From a virus (Duplodnaviria > Caudoviricetes), in the IMG/VR virus record IMGVR_UViG_3300005330_000014, positions 128,001 to 192,000 of that record: a stretch of DNA of 64,000 nt. The stretch is one strand, 5' to 3'. Within the stretch, counting starts at the first letter, position 1. Every line of letters begins with the position of its first letter. Below are positions 48,671 through 58,285 of the stretch, one piece after another. The notes beneath the pieces are model-generated. The model was not told the DNA's origin. It saw only the letters and a list, made by a program, of their open reading frames with translations, and did not search any database. A program made the translations under genes and the position numbers.

Positions 48671-49471
48671 ATGAAAAACAAAATAATTGGGTTAGTCATT
48701 TTACTCTGTTTAGGTTGTAACAGTCAGATAAAAGAGGCCGCGCGGCCACCCGATTTACTCAGTAAAACAGGATATAACTTAGTTTTTAATGATGAATTTA
48801 ATGGGAATAAATTAGATGCCAATAAATGGAATATCGAAGATGGTCCGCGAAATTCAGCTATAAACTGTCCGCAATCCATTATCGAATCCGGTGGCTCACT
48901 TAAAATTCATACTTTTATTAACAATAATAAGTATTACACGGGAATAATTAATACTAGAAATAAGTTTATCTTTAATAAGGGATATTTAGAAGTCCGCGCG
49001 GCTTTCAATGATATCCCCGGCTCATGGTCAGACGTTTGGTTATTTAATGACAATGTTTCAAAAGATGAAATAAATCCTGAAATTAATGGCGTGGAAATAG
49101 ATGTTTTTGAACATCGTGCGTTTAATTATTATAATAATCCAATATCAGATAGAGTTAATTTTGCAACTCATTATAATGGCTATGCCAAATTACATGAAGG
49201 AGAATACTTTTTAACGCCTCCACTTGATTTAAATAAAGGTTTTCATATTTTCGGATTCTTGTGGGATGATAATGGCGGGACTTTTTATATAGACGGCAAA
49301 CAAGCTGGGCATTTAAATATTCCTTACACAGTCGCTAAGAATTTCATAGTAATTGGGTCAGAATTAAGTAATCATCAATTTGAATGGACTTATTTTTTAC
49401 CGAAAGAGTTAAATCAAAATGTTATGGAGATAGATTATATAAGAGTATATCAGAAAATTTTAAAGAAATAA
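48671..49471 (+). CDS. Glycoside hydrolase family 16, predicted lipoprotein
   Basis: Lipobox LCLGC; LVFNDEFNG, GYLEVR, EIDVFE catalytic motif, FHIFGFLW, EIDYIRVYQ. Confidence 0.88.
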   Translation: MKNKIIGLVILLCLGCNSQIKEAARPPDLLSKTGYNLVFNDEFNGNKLDANKWNIEDGPRNSAINCPQSIIESGGSLKIHTFINNNKYYTGIINTRNKFIFNKGYLEVRAAFNDIPGSWSDVWLFNDNVSKDEINPEINGVEIDVFEHRAFNYYNNPISDRVNFATHYNGYAKLHEGEYFLTPPLDLNKGFHIFGFLWDDNGGTFYIDGKQAGHLNIPYTVAKNFIVIGSELSNHQFEWTYFLPKELNQNVMEIDYIRVYQKILKK

Positions 49472-49472
49472 T

Positions 49473-49997
49473 ATGAGTGAATCAGAAAAACAAGAAAAGA
49501 AAGCTGAAAAGCTAGAAGAAGAAATAGAATTAGCATTAAAGAAATTAGATTTAGTCCAGCGACATAGAGCAAGAGTGATGGAAAATTGCGATATTATTGG
49601 CCGCAAATTGATACAAGAAGGCGAAATAGGATTAGGAATACGATTAATTGCTAATTCATATGTGCATGATGACCCCAAGCTAACTAGCCCCCTCCAATTT
49701 AAGTATCTCTTTCAAAATGAAGATAAGGATATGCTTAAATTAGCTATCGAAGAACATAATACAACTTGCGATCATCATTTATCTTTTTATACAGATATCA
49801 ATTCAGTGCCAACCGTTAAAATTGCAGAAATAGTTGCAGACTTATCAGCACGTTCAGCAGAACAAGGAACCTGTCTAAAAGATTACTTAGATGAAATATA
49901 TTATCCTAAATATAACATTAAAAAGAATAGTAATCTTGACAAGAGTATCCGCCGATTTATGAGTTTACTTTTAGAAGAAAAGTTCAAAAAGCTATAA
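49473..49997 (+). CDS. HD-like (DUF5662-like) protein
   Basis: HR..V, HDDPK, HN...DHH, EIVAD. Confidence 0.55.
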   Translation: MSESEKQEKKAEKLEEEIELALKKLDLVQRHRARVMENCDIIGRKLIQEGEIGLGIRLIANSYVHDDPKLTSPLQFKYLFQNEDKDMLKLAIEEHNTTCDHHLSFYTDINSVPTVKIAEIVADLSARSAEQGTCLKDYLDEIYYPKYNIKKNSNLDKSIRRFMSLLLEEKFKKL

Positions 49998-50000
49998 ATT

Positions 50001-50204
50001 ATGAAACATTGCACAAGCTGTGGTAGTCCAATTCCTGACGGTCAAGGCAAGTCTTGCAGTATGTGTTACGGAGATATAGCCCACGGCACGGATGGATATT
50101 ATGAAAATTGGGCGCGCGAACAAGAACGATTACAGGCTCAAGAAAATTATATACGTTCTTTGGAAGATGAATCAAACTTAAAACAAGATAATTCTCAATT
50201 TTAA
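50001..50204 (+). CDS. Small zinc-finger protein
   Basis: CTSCG...CSMC. Confidence 0.6.
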   Translation: MKHCTSCGSPIPDGQGKSCSMCYGDIAHGTDGYYENWAREQERLQAQENYIRSLEDESNLKQDNSQF

Positions 50205-50218
50205 ATAGAAACAACATT

Positions 50219-50491
50219 ATGACAAAAGAAAAGGAATCGGGCGGCGGGACACCAGTACCAAAAACAAAACTACTAGTAACAGTATCATATGATCCTAATA
50301 AGATTGATTACAAGACTTACGTATTAGCTTCAATTATCGAATACTATGGTTGCTGGTTAGAACACAAACGAACTAAAACCAAACATTCAATGATTGCGTT
50401 ATTTGATAATATAAAGAATGGCGCGGAATACTTTGATATTTTTAAGCAATTTGTTGGGATGACGGTGATTAAAGAAGAAGTGGTTGAATAA
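50219..50491 (+). CDS. Hypothetical protein
   Basis: 90-aa ORF. Confidence 0.6.
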   Translation: MTKEKESGGGTPVPKTKLLVTVSYDPNKIDYKTYVLASIIEYYGCWLEHKRTKTKHSMIALFDNIKNGAEYFDIFKQFVGMTVIKEEVVE

Positions 50492-50499
50492 CCTTAATA

Positions 50500-50688
50500 A
50501 TGACACTGAAATCTATCAATTACGACCACCAAGATTTAATTAATTTAATTAAACAAAATACAGCGATAATTTGTGATATTGAGCCCGCGCGATTATTTGT
50601 CGAATTTCAAATACAAGGTAAAAGGGTTAATGTGAAAGTGATTAGGTTGGATAAAAAGGAAATAGAGATAAATGACTCACACGATTAA
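50500..50688 (+). CDS. Small hypothetical protein
   Basis: Co-oriented ORF. Confidence 0.5.
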   Translation: MTLKSINYDHQDLINLIKQNTAIICDIEPARLFVEFQIQGKRVNVKVIRLDKKEIEINDSHD

Positions 50689-50854
50689 ACATAAAGAATC
50701 CGGGCGCAATTATGAATATCGACGATGTTTAGGCTGTGGAGAATGTTGGGATGCCACGCCTCAAACTACAAATCAATGTCAGGTTTGTAGAAGTAAACAA
50801 TCTCTATATATGTCCGAATGGATTTCAGATAGGATAATGAAAAATGACAAATGA
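50672..50854 (+). CDS. Small zinc-finger protein
   Basis: CLGCG...CQVC. Confidence 0.55.
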   Translation: MTHTIKHKESGRNYEYRRCLGCGECWDATPQTTNQCQVCRSKQSLYMSEWISDRIMKNDK

Positions 50855-51494
50855 TCTTGGGGCTAATTTGCTTCGTTACAATTATAAAGATAAAACGTTT
50901 AACACGTTCGACACGGAAACAGAAAGCCTCAACTTAAGATTTTCCCGCCCGTGGAATATTGCTTGGATAGTTTCGCGCGGCGACCAAGTAATTGAAACCC
51001 AAGATAGATATTTATATTGGAAAGACTTTAATATTTCCAAAGATGCCGCGCGAATAACTCAATTTAATTTACAAGAATACAAAGAGAAAGCGGAAGACCC
51101 TAAAAAAGTTTTCCAAGAGTTTGAACCTGTTTTGTATGATAAAAACATTACAAATATCATGCATAATGGATTCGGTCTTGACATTTTCCAAATTGATTCT
51201 TGGCGTCGTAATATTGGATTAAAATCAGATTATTCATTTATTAATCATTGCCTTGATACACATTGTCTTGAAAAAGCAATTAGATTAGGATTAAATCCTC
51301 AATATCCTTTACTTGCTTGGCAGTATAAATTGAACAGCGTAATTAAAAAAGGACTGAAAACTAATCTAACCCTTTTAGCTAAAGAATACGAATTAGGTGC
51401 GGACGAATCAAAGTTTCACGCTGGCCTTTTCGACTCTGAAATCACTCGACAACTTTTGTTAAAACAAATGTGGAAGTTGGAATTAGTTATTTAA
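50844..51494 (+). CDS. DEDDh 3'-5' exonuclease (DnaQ-like)
   Basis: FDTETE, HNGFGLD, LDT, HAGLFD. Confidence 0.85.
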   Translation: MTNDLGANLLRYNYKDKTFNTFDTETESLNLRFSRPWNIAWIVSRGDQVIETQDRYLYWKDFNISKDAARITQFNLQEYKEKAEDPKKVFQEFEPVLYDKNITNIMHNGFGLDIFQIDSWRRNIGLKSDYSFINHCLDTHCLEKAIRLGLNPQYPLLAWQYKLNSVIKKGLKTNLTLLAKEYELGADESKFHAGLFDSEITRQLLLKQMWKLELVI

Positions 51495-51524
51495 TTGGTT
51501 TAAACATGATTTAACATCGAAACT

Positions 51525-51552
51525 TTGACTTTCTCAGATTAAGTGCTAGACT
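51525..51552 (+). promoter_or_regulatory. Putative early promoter TTGACTTT-N11-TGCTAGACT
   Basis: Fifth copy; followed by GTGTAAAT and an AAGGAGG Shine-Dalgarno. Confidence 0.7.
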
Positions 51553-51561
51553 CTTTGGGTA

Positions 51562-51569
51562 GTGTAAAT
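51562..51569 (+). promoter_or_regulatory. GTGTAAAT motif (putative late promoter)
   Basis: ~25 nt upstream of 51593. Confidence 0.45.
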
Positions 51570-51592
51570 TACTCTAAATAAAGGAGGTTAGT

Positions 51593-52024
51593 ATGAAAAT
51601 AAGAGAATTAGTAGTTTGTTTGTTTTGTTGTTTGGTGATTGGTTGCGCGGGCACTAATTCCCAGCAAGGAAACAAAAAAATGTTAGTTAGATTAACAACA
51701 TACAGTAGGGATGAAAAGTTACCCAAAAAACATCCTGATAAATGGAGTCGGCATGGAATATCGTCCACAGGAATCCCTTTAAAAAATATGCAAAGTGCGG
51801 CAGTAGACCCCAAAGATATTGCTTATTTTAGTAAAATTCAATTACCATGTTTCAATCATTTTGTTTTAGCTCAAGATACGGGATCATGGGTGAAAAGTAG
51901 GCGCGCGGCTTTGCGATTAGGTAGGAATTGTCCGGTTATTGATTTATTCTTTGATAGAGAAAGGGACGCGGCAGCTTTCCGTCGGCGCAACCCCTTATTT
52001 ATGGAAGCGGTGATAATAAACTAA
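51593..52024 (+). CDS. 3D-domain (MltA-like) cell-wall lytic protein, predicted lipoprotein
   Basis: Lipobox VIGC; LTTY, AAVDP, AQDTGS, VIDLFF = three conserved Asp. Confidence 0.8.
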   Translation: MKIRELVVCLFCCLVIGCAGTNSQQGNKKMLVRLTTYSRDEKLPKKHPDKWSRHGISSTGIPLKNMQSAAVDPKDIAYFSKIQLPCFNHFVLAQDTGSWVKSRRAALRLGRNCPVIDLFFDRERDAAAFRRRNPLFMEAVIIN

Positions 52025-52049
52025 ATTTAAGTTAAAAAAGGAGCAAGGA

Positions 52050-52346
52050 ATGCTAACTCGAATATATTGTGGTAAAAAATATAAAATCAGCGAAGAGTTC
52101 TTAACTGACCTGTATAGGAATGTTATTTTTACTCCCGAAATCCCAACAACGGGAAGTTCCCATTTTAAGAAAGATTTTTTAGGTTGTCGTTTATCCCCAC
52201 CAATCCGTAATGCCTTTGGTGAAACAAGTCTTCTTTTTTTTACAAAATCGTATTTAAAAAAAGTTTTAGAGCCGATTTCTAAAAAAGATTATAAAAAATC
52301 TAAGAAACATAATCACCCATTAACTGATATGTTTTGTGTAAAATAA
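52050..52346 (+). CDS. Hypothetical protein ending in HNHPLTDMF
   Basis: Motif at 52308-52334. Confidence 0.65.
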   Translation: MLTRIYCGKKYKISEEFLTDLYRNVIFTPEIPTTGSSHFKKDFLGCRLSPPIRNAFGETSLLFFTKSYLKKVLEPISKKDYKKSKKHNHPLTDMFCVK

Positions 52347-52350
52347 TCTA

Positions 52351-52680
52351 ATGGAAAAGCCAAATTTGAATCTGGAAGATATGCTGTTTTGCCTAGTTCC
52401 GTTATGTAGTCACTACAATCAGCCTTGGGAAGACTATTTACCTGAACGTTATAAAAATTACTTATTTAAGATAGATAGAGTAATTGAACACCCTGTAGAG
52501 AAGGCAATTTTAGAATTATCGTCCATCCCTGACCCGTCTTTAGAGGAAATAGATTTAGCAACTAATACGCGACCCAAATTGGTTATCTCGTATCAGCAAC
52601 TATTCAAATATTTTGAAGCAGTTGATTTGCAAATAATTAGACATAATCACCCCCTGACCAATATGTTTACTTTTAAATAG
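52351..52680 (+). CDS. Hypothetical protein ending in HNHPLTNMF
   Basis: Motif at 52642-52668. Confidence 0.65.
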   Translation: MEKPNLNLEDMLFCLVPLCSHYNQPWEDYLPERYKNYLFKIDRVIEHPVEKAILELSSIPDPSLEEIDLATNTRPKLVISYQQLFKYFEAVDLQIIRHNHPLTNMFTFK

Positions 52681-52725
52681 AAATATGGTAGGTTAGAGGT
52701 TGGATGGAATTATATAAGGTATGGA

Positions 52726-55700
52726 ATGGATAAGGTAACTTGCATATTTGGCAGTCATTATAGCTTCAGCGGTTCTAGCATTCTCACGGTTGACGAAGCA
52801 GAGGAAATTAATGAATCTAAACCAGTTTCGGTTTTTTCTATAGCTAAACACTACGAACTAAAAGACGTATTTTTAGCAGACAAAACATTAAGTGGCTTAA
52901 TTGATTCGTATAATGCCGCCGGGAAAATCGGAATCAATCTTCATTTTGGTTTTAAAGTCATTTGTTGCGAGGATATAAATGACAAAAGCGAAAAATCATT
53001 TGAAACTGAACATAAGATAATTGTTTGGTTAAATGATTCGCGCGGCTACGTTAATTTTGTCAAATTGGTTTCAAAGGCACAAATTGACGGGTTTTATTAT
53101 ATCCCCCGCGTGGACAAGAATCTTTTGAAGGAATTTTGGTCGGAACACCTTTCCATCTCAATCCCCTTCTATGATTCCTTTATTCATAAAAATACCTTAG
53201 AGTTCGGCAAGTGTGTTCCCGAGTTTCCCGCCGCCCCAACCCTATTTATAGAAAATAATGGGCTGCCATTCGATGACTTGCTAAAGGAACGGGTTTTAGA
53301 ATATGGCAAAAGCGAAAATCTAGAAATTGTCAATTCTAAATCAATTTACTATTATAAAAACGAAGATTATAAAGCTTATTTAGTAAATAAAGCAATTAAT
53401 AAACGAACAACTTTAGAAAAACCTAACTTAGAACATAATAGCTCAGATCAGTTTTCTTTTGAATCCGCGCAGGAAATTGGAATTGATTACGAAAATAAGT
53501 CAAAGTTTTCTCAATCATTTTCTAAATATAATTTACCGTTTTATGGTATCCGCCTCCCAAGCGTCGATATTACTTCGGAAATTAGAACCAAAATTGGCGC
53601 GAAAATTGATGATGACAATTATACTATTCTAAAAGCTTTATGTGTTACCGGCTTCAAACGAAGAATTGCTGATGGCACAATTCAAGACTCTGAAACTCAA
53701 TGGTATAAAGATAGAATCAAACACGAATTAAAAACGCTAAAAACTCTTGGGTTTGTTGATTATATCCTAATTGTTTGGGATATGGTTAACTTTTGCCATG
53801 ATAACAAAATCCCAGTCGGGCGAGGTAGAGGCTCGGCAGCGGGCTCGGCAGTTTTGTATTTACTGAATATTACTGATATTCCAGTCAAAAGGCATGGACT
53901 TTGGTTTGAACGATTCTTGTCAGCGGATCGCGCGGCGGTAATTATTAAAGATGGTATTTCGTTTTTGCAAGATTCACCTGACGTAGATCAAGACGTTTCC
54001 CGCTCACAAAGATACAAAGTAGTTGACTATTTAAATAAAAAATATCCGGGGCAAACTTCTAAAATTCTCAATATATCAACCTTACAAGGGAAAGTATTAA
54101 TTAAGGAAGTTGCTAAATGCGTGGATAATTGCGAGCAAACTGAACTTAATTTAATTACTGATTTGATTCCAGTAGAGTTCGGGAATGTTGCCGATATTGA
54201 AAGAACGTATAATGAAAATCCTGATTTCAAAACTTGGTGCGACAATCATTCCGAATCTTATAAAATTGCTTTAAAATTGCGTGGACTCGCTAAAAATGTG
54301 TCCGTTCATGCTTCTGGCTATTTAATTACTCACTGTCAAATTAATGAATTTATTCCAACACAACTGACCGCCGATAAAGAGATAGTTAGTTCTTTTGATA
54401 TGTATTCCGCCGGGAATATTGCGGTTAAGATTGATTTGCTTGGATTGAAGACTTTAGATATTTTAGATACGGCTGGCAAATTATGCGACAAACCTTTTGA
54501 TAAAATAAACATTGATGATCCAAGTATCTATAAGTACTTATCAAATCCTGAAGCCCCTTTTATGGGTATATTTCAGGCGGAAGAAGGATTAGGAGAAAAA
54601 ACTTTAAGAAAAATCAGTCCTGAAAAGATTGATCATATTATTGACTCTATTGCAATTGGTCGCCCGGGCGCTATGCGATACACCCAAGACTATTGCGATT
54701 TCAAAACTAAAGTTAAATTTCCTAATATTGATCCTCGCGTCGAAGACATTTTGGGGCCGACTGGCGGACTTTTGATATATCAAGAACAACTCATGGCATT
54801 AAGCGTGAGAATGGCAAAGTTTACTCCAATCGAGTCTGGAGGAATTAGAAAAGCTGTTGGCAAAAAAATCAAAGCCAAAATGCTTTCGTATAAAGAAAGA
54901 TTCATTAAACAAAGTATTGAAAACGATTATTCGGAAGAGTATTCAGAAGATATTTGGAAGACTTTTGAAAATAGCGCAGACTATTCTTTCAATCTTAGCC
55001 ACAGTGCAAGTTATGGCTATTTAACAGCTATTACTGCTTATTTCAAAGCTAACCACCCGAAAGAGTTTTTCTTAGCATTACTTAAAAATGCACAAAATGA
55101 ATCTGAACCATTAACTGAAGTAAACAAAATTCAAAAAGAATTAAAATACTTTGGAATCCAACTGTTACCCCCTTGCTTATTAAAAGGCAATATTGATTTT
55201 GTTATTGAGGGAAACGACATTCGGTTTGGTTTGAATTCTATTAAAGGACTTGGTGAAGCAGTAATTGAAAAACTTAATAATTTCCGCCCGGAAAATTGTA
55301 ATAAATTCCAAATGTTTCAAGCCGCGCGGCAAGCTGGATTGTCTTGCGGTGCAATGGCGGCGCTTGTTATGTCCGGCGCTTTGGATATATTTGTTAAAGA
55401 ATCTCGCAGTAAATTATCATTTGAATGCTTACTTTTCTCTAAACTAAAAGACAAAGAAAAACTATTTTGTATTGATAATGCTCCACAGTATAATGATGAC
55501 TTAATTACAATGTGTCAAGATATTCTGAATTGGCATGACTCCCGAGGGAAAAAAGTCGCACGCTCTACCCGTTTAAATACTCTCAGAAAAGAAACTAAAA
55601 AGTATCAAGAAATCTATAGGAATAACAAAGCCAATCAAGCTTTAAGTAACTATTGGTACGAAAAAGAATTACTTGGGTTCGGCTATTCTAGCAATCTAAA

Positions 55701-56142
55701 AACAATATTTAGTGAGTCGGGCAGCCGCACGGACTTAATTAACTTGGAAGAATACCAAAATCTTGACCCTAATAAAACCGGAATCGTTGTTTGTATTGTT
55801 GATGATGTTAAAACTTCAATTTCTAAAAAGGGTAATGCGGTGATGAAATTGTTTGTTAGCGATGAAACTAAATGTAATTACTTTTATTTCGCGGGCAAAT
55901 CTTACCAAGAATATCTATCAGAAAACAAGACGCCACCTAAAGAAAAGGATATTATTGCAATTAAATTAATGAAATCCAAAGATGGAACTTCAGGATTTGT
56001 CCAAAAATTATCCATTCAATCAGTGAAAATCTTCACGAAAATGTCGGAAATTAAGGATGCCCCACTTGAAAACACAGAGGAAAACGAAATAATTGTGCAA
56101 AAAATCGCAGAAAACCCACAAACGGAAATGATATATTCCTGA
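52726..56142 (+). CDS. dnaE: DNA polymerase III alpha subunit (C family) with PHP domain
   Basis: SHYS PHP start, GRGRGSAAGS, FERFL, PDVDQD, HASG, KIDLLGL, IYQEQ, YSFNLSHS, IRFGL..IKGLG, C-terminal OB fold. Confidence 0.95.
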   Translation: MDKVTCIFGSHYSFSGSSILTVDEAEEINESKPVSVFSIAKHYELKDVFLADKTLSGLIDSYNAAGKIGINLHFGFKVICCEDINDKSEKSFETEHKIIVWLNDSRGYVNFVKLVSKAQIDGFYYIPRVDKNLLKEFWSEHLSISIPFYDSFIHKNTLEFGKCVPEFPAAPTLFIENNGLPFDDLLKERVLEYGKSENLEIVNSKSIYYYKNEDYKAYLVNKAINKRTTLEKPNLEHNSSDQFSFESAQEIGIDYENKSKFSQSFSKYNLPFYGIRLPSVDITSEIRTKIGAKIDDDNYTILKALCVTGFKRRIADGTIQDSETQWYKDRIKHELKTLKTLGFVDYILIVWDMVNFCHDNKIPVGRGRGSAAGSAVLYLLNITDIPVKRHGLWFERFLSADRAAVIIKDGISFLQDSPDVDQDVSRSQRYKVVDYLNKKYPGQTSKILNISTLQGKVLIKEVAKCVDNCEQTELNLITDLIPVEFGNVADIERTYNENPDFKTWCDNHSESYKIALKLRGLAKNVSVHASGYLITHCQINEFIPTQLTADKEIVSSFDMYSAGNIAVKIDLLGLKTLDILDTAGKLCDKPFDKINIDDPSIYKYLSNPEAPFMGIFQAEEGLGEKTLRKISPEKIDHIIDSIAIGRPGAMRYTQDYCDFKTKVKFPNIDPRVEDILGPTGGLLIYQEQLMALSVRMAKFTPIESGGIRKAVGKKIKAKMLSYKERFIKQSIENDYSEEYSEDIWKTFENSADYSFNLSHSASYGYLTAITAYFKANHPKEFFLALLKNAQNESEPLTEVNKIQKELKYFGIQLLPPCLLKGNIDFVIEGNDIRFGLNSIKGLGEAVIEKLNNFRPENCNKFQMFQAARQAGLSCGAMAALVMSGALDIFVKESRSKLSFECLLFSKLKDKEKLFCIDNAPQYNDDLITMCQDILNWHDSRGKKVARSTRLNTLRKETKKYQEIYRNNKANQALSNYWYEKELLGFGYSSNLKTIFSESGSRTDLINLEEYQNLDPNKTGIVVCIVDDVKTSISKKGNAVMKLFVSDETKCNYFYFAGKSYQEYLSENKTPPKEKDIIAIKLMKSKDGTSGFVQKLSIQSVKIFTKMSEIKDAPLENTEENEIIVQKIAENPQTEMIYS

Positions 56143-56152
56143 AGAGGCTTAA

Positions 56153-56371
56153 ATGCAACGAAATCCAGACAATAATATCATTCGAGTAAGCCGCGCGGAA
56201 TTAGATAAATTAGGTTATAAACCTCTTGAAATAACTAAAGATAAAAAAGGAAATGTAATCCCCGCGCCTGCCGGTAGTTTATTAGCTTTACTTAAAGATG
56301 AAAATTTATGGGCTGAGTTAGACAAACACGCGAAAGTAACGCCCGATAAACATTTAATACTGATTAAATAA
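56153..56371 (+). CDS. Small hypothetical protein
   Basis: Co-oriented ORF. Confidence 0.55.
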   Translation: MQRNPDNNIIRVSRAELDKLGYKPLEITKDKKGNVIPAPAGSLLALLKDENLWAELDKHAKVTPDKHLILIK

Positions 56372-56796
56372 TGAATAAGAAACTACTAAAACAATTTTTA
56401 AAATCAGATAAAGAGCAAAGAGTTGCATATTTACATGGTACAAAATATTACATTGATTGGGATGAATCCAAAAAGGAATTAGCTTATTTTCATTGGAAAA
56501 CAAATAAAATCTTTAGTAAAAGCGATCAACCTTCAAAATGCCTGCAATGTAAAAAATCTTTCAAAAAAGACCCTGACCCAAATAATAATTATTGGTATGA
56601 TCCGTGTTTAGGAATTCTGCCCGGCGTATCTGATGCTTGTTGCGGGCATGGCGTTGAAGACGGATATATTAGCTTCAAAAATGGTATTGTGCTTAGATTT
56701 CCTAAAGAGGTTACAATAGAACGATATAAGAACTACAAAACTAAAGAAGATACTTCGACAATTAAAGTTACTAACTTAAATGGCATAGAATTATGA
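56371..56796 (+). CDS. Hypothetical protein with Cys motifs
   Basis: CLQC, DPCLG.LPGV..ACCGHG. Confidence 0.7.
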   Translation: MNKKLLKQFLKSDKEQRVAYLHGTKYYIDWDESKKELAYFHWKTNKIFSKSDQPSKCLQCKKSFKKDPDPNNNYWYDPCLGILPGVSDACCGHGVEDGYISFKNGIVLRFPKEVTIERYKNYKTKEDTSTIKVTNLNGIEL

Positions 56797-56947
56797 AAGT
56801 AAAACAAAAATATTGGTATAAACAATACGTCGGAGAATGTCCAGTTTGTGGTCGCAATCAAGGATATAAAATCCGAGTAAACGGTAAAAAACCTAAGAAT
56901 CTCAAAAAAGTATATATCCAATTATCTCATTTAGAAACATACGATCA

Positions 56948-57163
56948 TTGTCTCGAACAAGAGTTTTAATGGAAGAACCAATTAAATTACTAACCCGCGC
57001 AGAATGCTCAGAGATTCTTAAATCGCGCGGCTACACGTTAGCAGATTATCCGGGCGTTTGGTTCACTCCTAACGGAGATAAATTAGCTTGGTTTCAAGCG
57101 GTTTGCCAAGAAGGATTAAAATTTGATAGAAAAGACAAACCTTGGATCAAGAAAGAAAGTTAA
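56948..57163 (+). CDS. Small hypothetical protein
   Basis: Co-oriented ORF; start uncertain. Confidence 0.5.
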   Translation: MSRTRVLMEEPIKLLTRAECSEILKSRGYTLADYPGVWFTPNGDKLAWFQAVCQEGLKFDRKDKPWIKKES

Positions 57164-57267
57164 ATATATGGAACCAGACAGAAGAGACGATGGAACGTTA
57201 ATAGTAATATTAGTCATGTTGGGTTTAATGAGTTTGCCATTTGTAATAACGTTAATATATAGATAAT

Positions 57268-57477
57268 ATGAAATACCGAATAATCAAAGATGGCGAAAAT
57301 AAGTATCATATTGAACGCAGAATTTTTATGATTTGGTGGGATGTTGACGACAATCATCCTGTTCATAATAGTGAAACATTGTATTTCCAAAGGATATCAT
57401 CCGCCGAGTTTTATATCAAGCAACTGGAATACGAACAAAATAGAAAATCTGAAATAGTAAAAGAATTAGAATACTAA
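57268..57477 (+). CDS. Small hypothetical protein
   Basis: Co-oriented ORF. Confidence 0.6.
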   Translation: MKYRIIKDGENKYHIERRIFMIWWDVDDNHPVHNSETLYFQRISSAEFYIKQLEYEQNRKSEIVKELEY

Positions 57478-57479
57478 AT

Positions 57480-57758
57480 ATGAACTACTATAAAATCAAT
57501 TATCGTGGCCGCTCTAATTATGGCTGCAATAGTCATAGTTTTTATGAATTGATTGTTGAAGGAGTGTCCGAAAAGGACGCTATATCTAAATTACCTAATA
57601 TTGCTAAATTAGATATTGAATCAGGTCATTCAGTTCTCTCCATAGAGAATGTAGAGCTTGCAAATATAAATGAATATAATAATCAGCTTCGTTTAGCCAA
57701 AGAAAAAGACGAAAAAAGAGTTAAACGATTAATTTGGAATAGTTATCTGAAATCATGA
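57480..57758 (+). CDS. Hypothetical protein
   Basis: Co-oriented ORF. Confidence 0.6.
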   Translation: MNYYKINYRGRSNYGCNSHSFYELIVEGVSEKDAISKLPNIAKLDIESGHSVLSIENVELANINEYNNQLRLAKEKDEKRVKRLIWNSYLKS

Positions 57759-58285
57759 AGGGTATTGTAGCTATTTCAGAAAATTGGGGAATCGGGCGAA
57801 ACAACGTGCTTCCGTGGCCTTCTATAAAATCCGATTTCGCTTGGTTTAAGAAATCCACCCTTAATCAAAGTATTATAGTGGGGCGGACAACCGCCAAAGA
57901 CCTACCCCCGCTTCCCAACCGTTTCATTTATACTTTAAGTTCAAAATATGCTGACCCAAATAACTTAGAAACTGATTTATGGGGCGAGCCAATTCAACGA
58001 ACCTACAATACTAATACCAAAGGTGATTTTTACGTCAATCATTATATTCATAAAATTGAACAAGCCCCGGCGGACTCTTGGTTATGTGGCGGTGCTTCAA
58101 TTTACAAGCAATTCCTTCATTTATGTGATGAATTATATGTAACTCATGTGAATGGAGTTTATGAATGCGATACCTATTTCCCTTTTAGTTTAGTTCAAAT
58201 CACTCATTTATTTCCGTATGTAACAAAAATACATGATTTGGATGGTGGCCATAAAATTGTTAGATATAGTAAAAATGAGTCATAA
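57755..58285 (+). CDS. folA: Dihydrofolate reductase
   Basis: NWGIGRNNVLPW, DFAWFK, IVGRTT, LPNR, GGASIY, CDTYFP. Confidence 0.93.
   Translation: MKGIVAISENWGIGRNNVLPWPSIKSDFAWFKKSTLNQSIIVGRTTAKDLPPLPNRFIYTLSSKYADPNNLETDLWGEPIQRTYNTNTKGDFYVNHYIHKIEQAPADSWLCGGASIYKQFLHLCDELYVTHVNGVYECDTYFPFSLVQITHLFPYVTKIHDLDGGHKIVRYSKNES

Noticed and set aside
52726-56142. Intein or intron in dnaE, nrdJ, dnaB or recA
   Set aside because: Lengths are typical and no Cys...His-Asn intein ends or LAGLIDADG motifs were seen
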